64,000 bases of DNA, taken from Vicinamibacterales bacterium (GTDB taxonomy: Bacteria > Acidobacteriota > Vicinamibacteria > Vicinamibacterales > CAVVIG01). A program made the position numbers and the translations under genes. How positions within the stretch are numbered: the stretch's first letter is position 1; each line of letters opens with the position of its first letter. The DNA lies in the NCBI GenBank assembly GCA_035650895.1, contig DASRGT010000022.1, positions 5,571-69,570 of the forward strand, given 5' to 3'. Positions 1 through 8,766 of the stretch are shown piece by piece. The notes beneath the pieces were generated by a model, which saw only the letters and a list, made by a program, of their open reading frames with translations, made no database searches and was not told the DNA's origin.

Positions 1-737
1 CGTGGAGCGTCGGCGAAGGCGCCTCGACGACGAGCAACGTCACGCTGGCGATGCCGACGGATCTGAAATACAGCACCGTCTACTACTGGCACGTGCGCGC
101 GTCTGATCCGACCACGGTCGGTCCGTTCTCGGGCACCTCCGCGTTCGTGACGCTCGATCAGCCGGTCGTCGTCACGCCGCCGGGCGGCGGAGGCGGTGGT
201 GGAGGCGGCGCCTGCGCCGGCTCGGACCAGATGAATCTCGGGTCGGCGCACGTGTACAACTCGCCGCCCGACATCGCGAGTTGGGCGGTGACCGGCTGCA
301 TCACGCAGTTGACGATGTCGAGCTCGGCCGGCTTGTCGTTCCAGTTCACGACGTACAACAGCTGGCCCGACGTCGTGCCTCCGGGGTGGGACGGTCCGCT
401 GCTGTACACGGTGTGGGCCGTCGTGAACCAGGGCGGCACGTGGAACACCTCCGGCTTCATCCAGATGTGGCGCGGGCGTCCGAGCACCGGCGCGCCGATC
501 CTGGCGGAGTTCGCGCGCAACTGGGCATACGACGCGCGGTGGGGGCCGATGGCGGGGTATCAGCCGCACGCGGGCGAGCAGATGGGGTTCTTCGTGTCGG
601 CCGGCAACGCGCGCGGTTACACCGGCGTCAGTTCGGTCCGCGAGCGCTCCAACGTCGTCGTCGTCCCGCTGCCGGCGGGCGACAACGGGAACTTCTCGTT
701 CTCGCTCGCGCGCACGCTCGGGCTGATCCGGCGGTAG
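1..737 (+). CDS. Secreted/surface protein, C-terminal fragment (5' end lies outside the window): Fn3-like repeat, poly-Gly linker, then an unassigned C-terminal domain
   Basis: Frame 3 is open from base 3, and the track ORF is 51..737. 'YSTVYYWHVRASDPTTVGPFS' matches the repeat motif of the 5103..6227 protein. There are nine consecutive Gly codons at 183..209. Third-position G/C is high. Confidence 0.6.
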   Translation, partial: WSVGEGASTTSNVTLAMPTDLKYSTVYYWHVRASDPTTVGPFSGTSAFVTLDQPVVVTPPGGGGGGGGGACAGSDQMNLGSAHVYNSPPDIASWAVTGCITQLTMSSSAGLSFQFTTYNSWPDVVPPGWDGPLLYTVWAVVNQGGTWNTSGFIQMWRGRPSTGAPILAEFARNWAYDARWGPMAGYQPHAGEQMGFFVSAGNARGYTGVSSVRERSNVVVVPLPAGDNGNFSFSLARTLGLIRR

Positions 738-745
738 ACTGAACC

Positions 746-1795
746 GTGCTCCGATTCGCGTTGGTGGCGGCTGTCGCATGCGCGGCGGCCGCCTGCTCCG
801 GTTCCAGCACCACGCCCACGCCCGTCACGCCGCCGCCTCCGCCGCCGGCGCTGCAGATCACGTGCCCCGACGATCAGAAGCAGCAGTCGACCGTCGGTCA
901 GCCGGTTCCGGTCAGCTATCCGGCGGCCACGGCCACCGGCGGCACGCCGCCGACGCAGGTGGTCTGCGCGCCCGCGAGCGGCGCCGTGTTCCCGATCGGC
1001 ACCACGCCAGTCAACTGCACCGCCACCGATTCGAAGAACGTGACGAACAAGTGCTCGTTCAACGTCACGTTGACCGTGCCGCCGAAGATCGCGTTCACGA
1101 AGTTCGTCGCGTTCGGCGACAGCATGACCGCCGGTCAGGTCGTGTCGGAAAACAGCATCGCCGTCACCGAAGGCGGCGTCACCTCCTGGCTGCGCCCGCT
1201 CGTCGTCGACGTGGCGAAGTCGTACCCGACGCTGCTGCTCGGCGACCTGCAGGCGCGCTACACCGGCCAGGCCGGAACGCTGCTCGTCGCCAACGCGGGC
1301 CTGCCGCTCGAGACCGCCGTCCAGGGCGCCAGCCGCCTGCCGTCGGTGGTCGACGGCGGCGCGTACCAGGCGCTGCTGCTGATGGAAGGCGTGAACGATT
1401 TTCCCGACTACCAGTCTGCCGCGGGCGGCATGCGGACGATGGTGCAATACGGCAAGCGGCGCGGACTGCGCGTCTATCTCGCGACGGTGCCGCCGCAGAA
1501 TCCCAACACGAGCGCGTGCGGCAAACGGGGCGGCAACTGGGCGTTCGTCTCGCCGTACAACGATCTGCTGCGAAGCATCGCCGCGAGCGAAAACGCGACG
1601 CTCGTCGATGTCAACGCGGCGTTCAACGGCGACACGACGACGTTGATCGACTGCGACGGCCTGCACCCGACGCCTGCCGGCTATCGTGTGATCGCGGACA
1701 CGTTTTCGAAGTCGATCCAGAGCACGCTCGAAGCCGCGTCTTCGGCGGTGGCGAACACGTTCGCCAAAACTGCACGCTCTCGCAAGCCGCGTTAA
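746..1795 (+). CDS. Lipoprotein with an HYR-like Ig module fused to an SGNH/GDSL hydrolase domain
   Basis: GTG start. Signal peptide plus lipobox Cys ('AAAAC|SGS'). Pro-rich linker. HYR-like 'ITCPDD..ATATGGTPPTQVVC..GTTPVNCTATD..CSFNVTL'. SGNH blocks 'FGDSMTAG', 'EGVND' and 'DGLHPTPAGY'. Confidence 0.8.
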   Translation: MLRFALVAAVACAAAACSGSSTTPTPVTPPPPPPALQITCPDDQKQQSTVGQPVPVSYPAATATGGTPPTQVVCAPASGAVFPIGTTPVNCTATDSKNVTNKCSFNVTLTVPPKIAFTKFVAFGDSMTAGQVVSENSIAVTEGGVTSWLRPLVVDVAKSYPTLLLGDLQARYTGQAGTLLVANAGLPLETAVQGASRLPSVVDGGAYQALLLMEGVNDFPDYQSAAGGMRTMVQYGKRRGLRVYLATVPPQNPNTSACGKRGGNWAFVSPYNDLLRSIAASENATLVDVNAAFNGDTTTLIDCDGLHPTPAGYRVIADTFSKSIQSTLEAASSAVANTFAKTARSRKPR

Positions 1796-1837
1796 TCGCG
1801 AACAGATCACCCTGTAGACTGAAGGGCGATTCCCGAA

Positions 1838-2881
1838 TTGGATCGCCTTCTGACTCCTTTACGATTCGCGTGGGCGGCAGCCGTCTGCGCCGCCGCCGGC
1901 TGCTCGAGTCCGACCGTGTCGACGACGATCCCTCCGCCTCCGCCAGCGCTGCAGCTCGCGTGTCCCGACAACCTGTCGGTGCAGTCGACCACCGGCCAGC
2001 CGATTCCGATCTCGTATCCGCCGGCCACGGCGACCGGCGGCACGCCGCCGACGCAGGTCGTCTGCTCGCCGGCAACCGGTTCCGTGTTCGCGCCCGGCAC
2101 GACGCCGGTGCAATGCGTGGCGACCGATTCGAAGAACGTCGGCGCGTCGTGCGCGTTCACCGTCACGGTGACGCTGCCGCCGAGGCTGGCCGCGACCAAA
2201 TTCGTCGCGTTCGGCGACAGCATGACCGCGGGGCAGGTGATCTCGGAAGGCGCCGGCCTGATCATCCGGACGCTGCAGCTCGACGACGCGAAGGCGTATC
2301 CGACGCTGTTGCTGTCGATGCTGCAGGGCCGCTACACCGGCCAGGCGGGCGGACTTGTGATGTTCAAGGCCGGCGTGCCCGGGGAAACGACGGCCGGCGG
2401 GGTCGGTCGTCTCCCGACGATCATCGACGGCGGCACCTACGACGTGCTGCTGCTGATGGAAGGGGCCAACGACTTTCCGAACTACCAGGCGGCGCTCGGA
2501 AACATGCGCACGATGATCGAATACGCAAAACGGCGTAACCTGCGCGTCTACGTCGCGACGGTGCCGCCGGAGAACCCGACGCCCGATCCGCTCTGTTACG
2601 CGAACCTGGGCGGCAACTTCGCGTCGGTCGATCCGTACAACAGCAGCCTGCGCGCGCTGATCGGCAGCGAAGGGGTGACCCTCGTGGACGTCGGCGCGGC
2701 CTTCAACGGCGATTTGTCGCTCGTGGACTGCGACGGCCTGCACCCCACGCCCGCCGGCTACCAGCTGATCGCGAGCACCTTCTTCAAGGCCATCGAAGCG
2801 ACGCTCGAACTGCCCGCGACGCCGACCGCGACGTCGACGCCGTTCAGGACGGCCGCGGCACGCGCTCGTAGATCTCGATAG
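1838..2881 (+). CDS. Lipoprotein, HYR-like module + SGNH/GDSL hydrolase (tandem paralog of 746..1795)
   Basis: TTG start in the track. Lipobox 'AAAGC|SS'. Same architecture as its neighbour, with long identical stretches ('ATATGGTPPTQVVC', 'TKFVAFGDSMTAGQV', 'DCDGLHPTPAGY'). Confidence 0.8.
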   Translation: MDRLLTPLRFAWAAAVCAAAGCSSPTVSTTIPPPPPALQLACPDNLSVQSTTGQPIPISYPPATATGGTPPTQVVCSPATGSVFAPGTTPVQCVATDSKNVGASCAFTVTVTLPPRLAATKFVAFGDSMTAGQVISEGAGLIIRTLQLDDAKAYPTLLLSMLQGRYTGQAGGLVMFKAGVPGETTAGGVGRLPTIIDGGTYDVLLLMEGANDFPNYQAALGNMRTMIEYAKRRNLRVYVATVPPENPTPDPLCYANLGGNFASVDPYNSSLRALIGSEGVTLVDVGAAFNGDLSLVDCDGLHPTPAGYQLIASTFFKAIEATLELPATPTATSTPFRTAAARARRSR

Positions 2882-5063
2882 CGGGGCTCAGGTCGCGAAG
2901 GAACGACAGCGGGTTGGTATCGTTCCTCGGGCCGACGAGGTCCGGGTGGCCGCCCGGCAGCCACGTCCAGGGCGCATACGACCGATGGCGGTACGCGAGG
3001 CGGTAGCCGAGCGTCCCGTCGTGCAGCCCGTCGACGAGCGCCGCCTCGGGGCGGTGCGGCTTGAGCGCGCGCGCGTAGTCGGCGTTGACGACGAAGTAGT
3101 CCGGCTGCCAGCGGATCAGGTCGTCGGTGGTGTGGATGTCGATCGCGCGCAGGCCTTCGGTCCGCGGGTTGACGACGTCGGGGAAGGTCGTCGCGACGAG
3201 ACCGGTACGGCTGGCGTGCGCGCGCAGCCACGCTTCGGCGTCGTATCGCGTGTCGCGGACCATCAGCGCGTCGACGGTCGCCGCGTAGAGCAGCGAGTAG
3301 GCGAGCGCCGCGACGGCGAGGCCGCGCCACCACCCGAGGCCCGTCGCGGCGTCGGTCGCACGCTCGAGCGCGACGCCGGCGAACAGCGCCTGCACGACGA
3401 AGATCGGCAGCAGATAGCGGTCGTAGTCGTACAGCACGACGGCGATGAAGCCGACGTAGTACGCCGCGGCGACGAGCGCGAGGATCAGCGCCGCGCCGCG
3501 GAGCCGCGGCGTCCGCAGCGCGATGACGAACCCGCCGACGCTCGCCGCGAACAGCGGCCACCCCCAGGATCGGACGACGAGCGCCGCGCTCGTCGCGAAG
3601 AGGCCCCACTGGCCCTCCGCGGTCGGCGCGAACATCCGGTAGTTGCGGCCCGGGCCGGTGATGTCGCGGAGGTGATCGACGAAGCCGTGCGCATTCAGCG
3701 GCAGGTTCTGCACGGCGACGAACAGCGCCGCCGCGACGGCGCCGCCGAGCCACAGCCGGCGATCGGCGACCGACTGCCAGCGACACGCCAGCACGACGGG
3801 CATCGAGAGGAACAACGCGTAGGCCTGATCCTTCGTACAGACCGACATGGCCGCGCAGCCCGAGAAGAGCAGGACGTCGCGCAGCGCGCCGGTGTCGAGC
3901 GCGCGGAGATAGAAGGCGAGCGCGGCGGTGAACCAGAAGACGTACGACATCTCCGGGTTGGCGGTCTTCGCGTAGTACACGAACAGCGGCAGCAGCGCGA
4001 GCGCCGCGGCGGCCCACACGCCCGCTCGCCGACCGAACGTCCGCGCGCCGCAGACGTAGAGCGCGATGGTGGTCCCGGCGGCGGCGATCACGCTGACGGA
4101 TCGCCCGAGGACCGAGAGGATCGTCACTTCCTGGGCATCGGGCAGGCGCACCCAGCCCATCGCGTCGACCAGCAGCCAGGGGCTGTACGCGATCGTCAGC
4201 ACGTAGAAGTGGAGTGGCGGATAGCGATCGAACCACCCGAACGAGAAGCGGTGCGACAGCGCGATCAGGACGGCCTTGGGCGTCAGCTCGTCGCCCGCCC
4301 AGCCGCTCGGCAGCCCCCACCAGATGCCGATCACGTTGAGCAGGGCGGAGCCGACGATCACGCCGGCGAGCGCGCGACGGACGGGGTCGCTCCAGAGGTG
4401 CGCGGCCGCGCGCGCGAGCGGCGGCCGAACGCGCGCGGCCAGCGCGAGGAGCAGCAGCGCCGCCCACACCCAGAACACCCACGCGAGGGCGCGCCGCAGC
4501 AGCGCGCTCGCGATCATGCGCGAGAACTCGGCCCTGCGCGCCCACAGCGCCCAGGTCGGGATCGGCTCGAGCCGGCCGCGATCGATCCCCCAGCGCAGGC
4601 CGAACGCGAAGTCGCCGCCGTCCTGGAAGTAGCGGATGAAGATTTCGTGGATGCCGCGCTCGAGATGCACGGTGCCGAACGCGGGCAGGTCGGCGTGCCG
4701 TCCGGCTTCCTCGACGACCAGGCGCCCGTCGACGTACGTCCACGCCCCGTCGTCCGAATCGGTTTCGAAGGTGTAGTCGCCGGCGCGCGTGACGAGCAGC
4801 GAGCCGCTCCAGGTGACGCTGAACGCATCGGGCGGCGCGCCGTGCCAGGCGAGGCGGATGCCGTCGGTCGACGGCCGCGCTTCGACGAGCGACCGGACCG
4901 GCGCGGTGGACCAGTTGACGTCGGCGAAGTACGTGGCGTTGAGGCCCTGCGGCAGCCGATCGACGCGCGTGCCGCCCGCCAGCAGCAGGAGCAGCAGCGT
5001 GGAGCCGCCGACGAGGGTGCGCAGCACGGAGTGCGATTTTATGTGAAATAAATCGCGTTCCAT
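2844..5063 (-). CDS. PA14 domain fused to a GT-C (GT39/GT83, PMT_2-like) polytopic glycosyltransferase
   Basis: N-terminal anchor. PA14-like 'GLNATYF..FSVTWSGSL..AGDYTFETDSDDGAWTYVDG..IRYFQDGG'. Then many TM helices with a 'FGWFDRYPPLHFY' loop typical of PMT_2-type enzymes. The first 12 codons are AT-rich, so the GTG at 5027 is an alternative start. Confidence 0.8.
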   Translation of the reverse strand: MERDLFHIKSHSVLRTLVGGSTLLLLLLAGGTRVDRLPQGLNATYFADVNWSTAPVRSLVEARPSTDGIRLAWHGAPPDAFSVTWSGSLLVTRAGDYTFETDSDDGAWTYVDGRLVVEEAGRHADLPAFGTVHLERGIHEIFIRYFQDGGDFAFGLRWGIDRGRLEPIPTWALWARRAEFSRMIASALLRRALAWVFWVWAALLLLALAARVRPPLARAAAHLWSDPVRRALAGVIVGSALLNVIGIWWGLPSGWAGDELTPKAVLIALSHRFSFGWFDRYPPLHFYVLTIAYSPWLLVDAMGWVRLPDAQEVTILSVLGRSVSVIAAAGTTIALYVCGARTFGRRAGVWAAAALALLPLFVYYAKTANPEMSYVFWFTAALAFYLRALDTGALRDVLLFSGCAAMSVCTKDQAYALFLSMPVVLACRWQSVADRRLWLGGAVAAALFVAVQNLPLNAHGFVDHLRDITGPGRNYRMFAPTAEGQWGLFATSAALVVRSWGWPLFAASVGGFVIALRTPRLRGAALILALVAAAYYVGFIAVVLYDYDRYLLPIFVVQALFAGVALERATDAATGLGWWRGLAVAALAYSLLYAATVDALMVRDTRYDAEAWLRAHASRTGLVATTFPDVVNPRTEGLRAIDIHTTDDLIRWQPDYFVVNADYARALKPHRPEAALVDGLHDGTLGYRLAYRHRSYAPWTWLPGGHPDLVGPRNDTNPLSFLRDLSPAIEIYERVPRPS

Positions 5064-5102
5064 CGTGCATTTTTATCAACTTAATGTTATAAAGATGCAT
5101 CC

Positions 5103-6227
5103 ATGAGGAACTTCCGATCCGCACTCGGGTCCGCCACCGCTGTACTCGCACTGGCGTGTGCGGCGTGCACGGGCAGCAGCACGCAGCCGACGGGCGGCGG
5201 CTCGTCGACCGTCACCTCGCCGACCGGCGTCGCGCCCTCGGCGAGCGCGCAGATCAAGTTCAGCGATCAGCCGGTCACGCTGATCGTCAGGAACGCCGTC
5301 GTCACGCAGTCGCCGGGGACGACCTACACGTTCGAGGTGGCGACCGACGCGGCCTTCGGCACCACGGTTCAGACGAAGGACGGCGTGGCGGAAAGCACCA
5401 GCGGGCAGACCAGCGTCCGGCTCGATGCGCTCGCCGCGTCGAAGGACTACTACTGGCGCGCGCGCGCGACCGCGGCCGGCACGGCCGGTCCCTACTCCGC
5501 GCCGATGAAGTTCACGATGGGCGCGGCCGTCGTGCTGAGCGCGCCGACGGCGATCGGGCCGCTGACCGGCGCGACGACGTCCACGCGGCCGACGCTGCGG
5601 GTGGCCAACGTGACCCGCACCGGGCCGGCCGGCGCCATCACCTACAAGTTCGAAGTGTCGACGTCGACCACCTTCACGCCGCTCGTCGTCAACGTCACGC
5701 AGAACGAGGGCGTCAACGAAACCGGCTACATCCTCACCAACGATCTGACGCCGGGGACGACCTACTACTGGCGCGCGACCGCGATCGACGCGCAGAACGG
5801 CGTGTCGAGCACGCCGAGCCCCATCCAGAGCTTCACGCCGGCGCGGTCGGCCGCCGAGGCGCTGGCGTCGCAGATCGGCATCACGCTGTGGCCGGGGGCC
5901 ACGCCGCCCGGAACGACCGGGCACGCGACGATGGGCGAGGCGGGCCCGTTCGGGCAGGGCTGGGACCCGAAGACGCTGTACTACGCGCCGCAGAACGCGT
6001 TCTTCCAGAGCCCCGACGCCGAGATGCTGCGCCTGTTCGACCTGCTCGATCGCGGCTTCGATCCCGACGGCGCCATCGGCTGGATGAACACGAACGGCTA
6101 TCCGACCGCCGCCGTGTGGTATCCGCCGCCGGACAAGGCCGTCATCGGTCTGCACTACGTCTATCTCGCGTCTCGCGGGAAAGTCGTCACCAACAGCATC
6201 TGGGACGTCGTATTGAGGGTCGAATGA
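5103..6227 (+). CDS. Lipoprotein with three Fn3-like repeats and an unassigned C-terminal domain
   Basis: Signal peptide and lipobox ('LALACAAC|TGS'). Repeats end in 'KDYYWRARATAAGTAGPYS' and 'TTYYWRATAIDAQNGVSS'. ATGA overlap with the next gene. Confidence 0.75.
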   Translation: MRNFRSALGSATAVLALACAACTGSSTQPTGGGSSTVTSPTGVAPSASAQIKFSDQPVTLIVRNAVVTQSPGTTYTFEVATDAAFGTTVQTKDGVAESTSGQTSVRLDALAASKDYYWRARATAAGTAGPYSAPMKFTMGAAVVLSAPTAIGPLTGATTSTRPTLRVANVTRTGPAGAITYKFEVSTSTTFTPLVVNVTQNEGVNETGYILTNDLTPGTTYYWRATAIDAQNGVSSTPSPIQSFTPARSAAEALASQIGITLWPGATPPGTTGHATMGEAGPFGQGWDPKTLYYAPQNAFFQSPDAEMLRLFDLLDRGFDPDGAIGWMNTNGYPTAAVWYPPPDKAVIGLHYVYLASRGKVVTNSIWDVVLRVE

Positions 6228-6859
6228 GACACATCAGATACGCCGTCCTCGTGTGGGCGGCGCTCGGCGGAGTGGCCGCCGCGCAGTCGCCGACGGCGGC
6301 CGACGATTCGCGCGGGTACATCGAAGGCGTCGCGCAGTCGGCGTTCGGCAACGTGACGAGCCAGTCGTTCGGCGGCGAGATCGGCGTCAAGGTGCGGCCC
6401 GGCCTGCAGGTGTTCGTCGACGGCGGGTACGTCCGCGACACGACGCCCGGAGCGCTGAGCTCGCGCGCGCAGTCGATAGCCGCCGACATCAGCACCAAGG
6501 CGGGAGGCGGCACGTATCGCGTGAAGCAGCCGGTGACGTTCGGCGTTGCCGGCATCAAGTACTGGCTGCCGGTCGACCAGTCGCGGTTCGCGCCGTACGT
6601 GATGTTCGGCGGCGGCATGGCGCGCGTCCAGGAGGACACCACGTTTACCGTGGCGACCGGCAACGTGTCGGACTACGTCGCCGTCGGCAGCGATCTCGTC
6701 GGCACCCAGACGAAGGGGATGATCAGCGGCGGCGTCGGCGTCGACGTCGCGGTCGGCCGCTCGTTCTACGTCGATCTGCAGTACCGGTTCGGCCGCGTCT
6801 TCACGACCGACGGCCTCAACATCAACCGCGCGGGAGCCGGCGTCGGCGTTCGCTTCTAG
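6224..6859 (+). CDS. Outer-membrane beta-barrel protein (OmpA/OmpW-like porin family)
   Basis: Internal ATG of the composite ORF 5156..6859, overlapping the upstream stop (ATGA). Signal peptide 'VAAAQ|S'. Alternating beta-strand pattern. C-terminal 'GAGVGVRF' with a terminal aromatic residue. Confidence 0.7.
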   Translation: MRHIRYAVLVWAALGGVAAAQSPTAADDSRGYIEGVAQSAFGNVTSQSFGGEIGVKVRPGLQVFVDGGYVRDTTPGALSSRAQSIAADISTKAGGGTYRVKQPVTFGVAGIKYWLPVDQSRFAPYVMFGGGMARVQEDTTFTVATGNVSDYVAVGSDLVGTQTKGMISGGVGVDVAVGRSFYVDLQYRFGRVFTTDGLNINRAGAGVGVRF

Positions 6860-6866
6860 GACGCCG

Positions 6867-7397
6867 ATGAAGCGCGCCGCCCGCGCGAACCGACGCGGAC
6901 GCCCGCCGAAGTTCGGGCGCCCGGGTCAGGTCGTCGCGGTCACCCTGCCGGCGGAAGTCGTCCGCGGACTCCGCCGCATCAATCCGGATCTCGCCTGGGC
7001 GATCGTCCAGCTGTTTCAGCGCGGCGCCAACGGCGTCGGCCGCAAAGAGCGGCGCGCCGACTCCGAGCTCGTGGCCGTGGCCGACGGCCGCTCGCTGATC
7101 GTCGTCAACCGCGACGCGCTGAAGCAGCTGCCGGGCGTCAACGTCATCCCGCTCCACGACGACCGCGCGTTCCTCGCCTTCGATCGCGACGCGACGCTCG
7201 CCGATCTCGAACTGGCCGTCCTCGAGCGCCTCGGCAGCCGTGCGGTCGGCGCGCGCGAGCGCAAGGCGCTCTCGGAGCTGAAACTGCACGTGCACCGCTG
7301 GCGCCACGATCCCGAGCTGCGGTGCGAGATGCGGTCGATTATCGTGATCGAAAAGACCGCCGCAACGCGAAAGCGCAGCCGGCCGACGTCAGCATGA
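6867..7397 (+). CDS. Hypothetical protein (basic N-terminus 'RRGRPPKFGRPG'), function unknown
   Basis: 176-aa ORF with strong third-position G/C bias and no recognisable motif. Its 3' end overlaps the convergent gene by 59 nt. Confidence 0.5.
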   Translation: MKRAARANRRGRPPKFGRPGQVVAVTLPAEVVRGLRRINPDLAWAIVQLFQRGANGVGRKERRADSELVAVADGRSLIVVNRDALKQLPGVNVIPLHDDRAFLAFDRDATLADLELAVLERLGSRAVGARERKALSELKLHVHRWRHDPELRCEMRSIIVIEKTAATRKRSRPTSA

Positions 7398-8766
7398 GCG
7401 GCAGCAGGCTCGCCAGCCCGCGCAGCCCCATCTTCATTCCGAGATTGAACGCCGCCTTCGGCTCCGTGTGCGCGCGGAAGTCTGGATTGGCGCCGCCCGA
7501 CACGAACGTCTGCGGGTTCAGCGCCAAGTCGCCGTCGGCGAACGCCGGCCACAGCAGCTCGGCGACGGGCCGCCGGATGTTGTTGGGCGGGAGCGGCGCC
7601 GTCGACACCGCGACGAGCGTCAGGGCGACGCCGTACGCGGCGACCAGCGCGAGTGCGCCGCGCACCAGCCGCGGCACGGCCGTCCACAGCGCCGCGAGGC
7701 CGATGCACAGGAACGGAATCGCGGGCGACGCGTGGCGCGGTCCGTACGACCATCCACCTTCCCAGTACGCGTAGCTCGCGTTGAGCAGGACGTAGTAGAC
7801 CGCGATCACCGCGGCCGCGACCGCGACGAGCCGCCGCCGCACCAGGCACAAACCGACCGGCGCACACGCGAGAACCGGCGCGAGCGGCAGCAGCCCGCGG
7901 TACTCGCCGAACAGAATCCGGCGCAGCCGGATCATGCGCGGGAGGTCGACGCCGTAGAACCCCTGCTGCATGCCGACGTAGCTCGATTCGCTCGCGTAGC
8001 CGATGTGGAACGGCGAGCCGAAACACGCATACTGGTACGCCATCAGCACCGCCGCCGGGACGAGCGCGCCAATCGTCAGCGCGCCGACCACGCGCAGCCG
8101 CCGCGCGCGATCCAGCCGCCAGACGTGCACCAGCGTCAGCAGCGCGATCACCACGGCCGGGATCGCCGCCGGAAATTCGGACACGGTCGCCCAGCCGGCG
8201 CAGAGGCCCGCCATCGCTCCGCGGCGCCAGTCGCCATCGCCCGCGCGGCACGCGGAGGCGAAGGCGAGGACGAGCAGCGAGGCCGAAAACGCGTGGCCGA
8301 TGAAGATCGTGGCCAGCGTCCAGATCGGTGTGCCGAGGCCGAAGACGACGGCGGCGACGAGCGCCCCGGCCGCGGACGAGCCGAGCTCGACGCACAACGA
8401 AAACAGCGCGACGCCGGCCATCGCCGTGAACAGACCCGCCGTGAAGACGGTGGCGAGGTACGACAGCAGCGCGATGCCGGGATAGTCCTCCGAATCGACG
8501 CCGAGCGCCCGTGCCAGGGGGCGCGCGATCGCCACGATCGGCACCGCCGTCAGCGACAGGCCCGGCGCCTTGTCGGAGTAGTAGTGGCCGTGGTCGAACG
8601 CCTTGTCGCCGGTCGAGAGCTGATAGGGGTCGATGACAAAGGTGTGCTCGTTCGTGATCGCGCGCACCAGCGCGTACCGCGTGTTCTGGTTCCATCCGCC
8701 CGCCTGGTAGAAGTAGGCGTACGCGACGAACAGCAGCGCGAAGAGCGCCCAGTGCGTCCGGGTCAC
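7339..8766 (-). CDS. Large polytopic membrane protein, putative GT-C-type glycosyltransferase
   Basis: Real start taken as the GTG at 8766, which overlaps the flippase stop (GTGA). The track ORF 7339..9720 is over-extended. More than 10 hydrophobic helices. Loop motif 'HYYSDKAPGLS'. The GT-C assignment is inference. Confidence 0.65.
   Translation of the reverse strand: MTRTHWALFALLFVAYAYFYQAGGWNQNTRYALVRAITNEHTFVIDPYQLSTGDKAFDHGHYYSDKAPGLSLTAVPIVAIARPLARALGVDSEDYPGIALLSYLATVFTAGLFTAMAGVALFSLCVELGSSAAGALVAAVVFGLGTPIWTLATIFIGHAFSASLLVLAFASACRAGDGDWRRGAMAGLCAGWATVSEFPAAIPAVVIALLTLVHVWRLDRARRLRVVGALTIGALVPAAVLMAYQYACFGSPFHIGYASESSYVGMQQGFYGVDLPRMIRLRRILFGEYRGLLPLAPVLACAPVGLCLVRRRLVAVAAAVIAVYYVLLNASYAYWEGGWSYGPRHASPAIPFLCIGLAALWTAVPRLVRGALALVAAYGVALTLVAVSTAPLPPNNIRRPVAELLWPAFADGDLALNPQTFVSGGANPDFRAHTEPKAAFNLGMKMGLRGLASLLPLMLTSAGCAFALRRSFRSR

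Noticed and set aside
183-209. A run of GGN codons (GGC GGC GGA GGC GGT GGT GGA GGC GGC).
   Set aside because: It is an in-frame poly-glycine linker inside a CDS, not a microsatellite or CRISPR-like repeat. It could be slippage-prone, but nothing here shows variation.
5156-6859. A 567-aa plus-strand ORF. Related cases are 11561..14542 (993 aa), 15694..18642 (982 aa), 18960..20858, 23568..25220 and 33678..35216.
   Set aside because: Only the 3' portions are real genes: the OM barrel from 6224, the aminotransferase from 13349, the membrane protein from 17026, and so on. The 5' extensions are out-of-frame read-through of neighbouring genes with nonsense composition.
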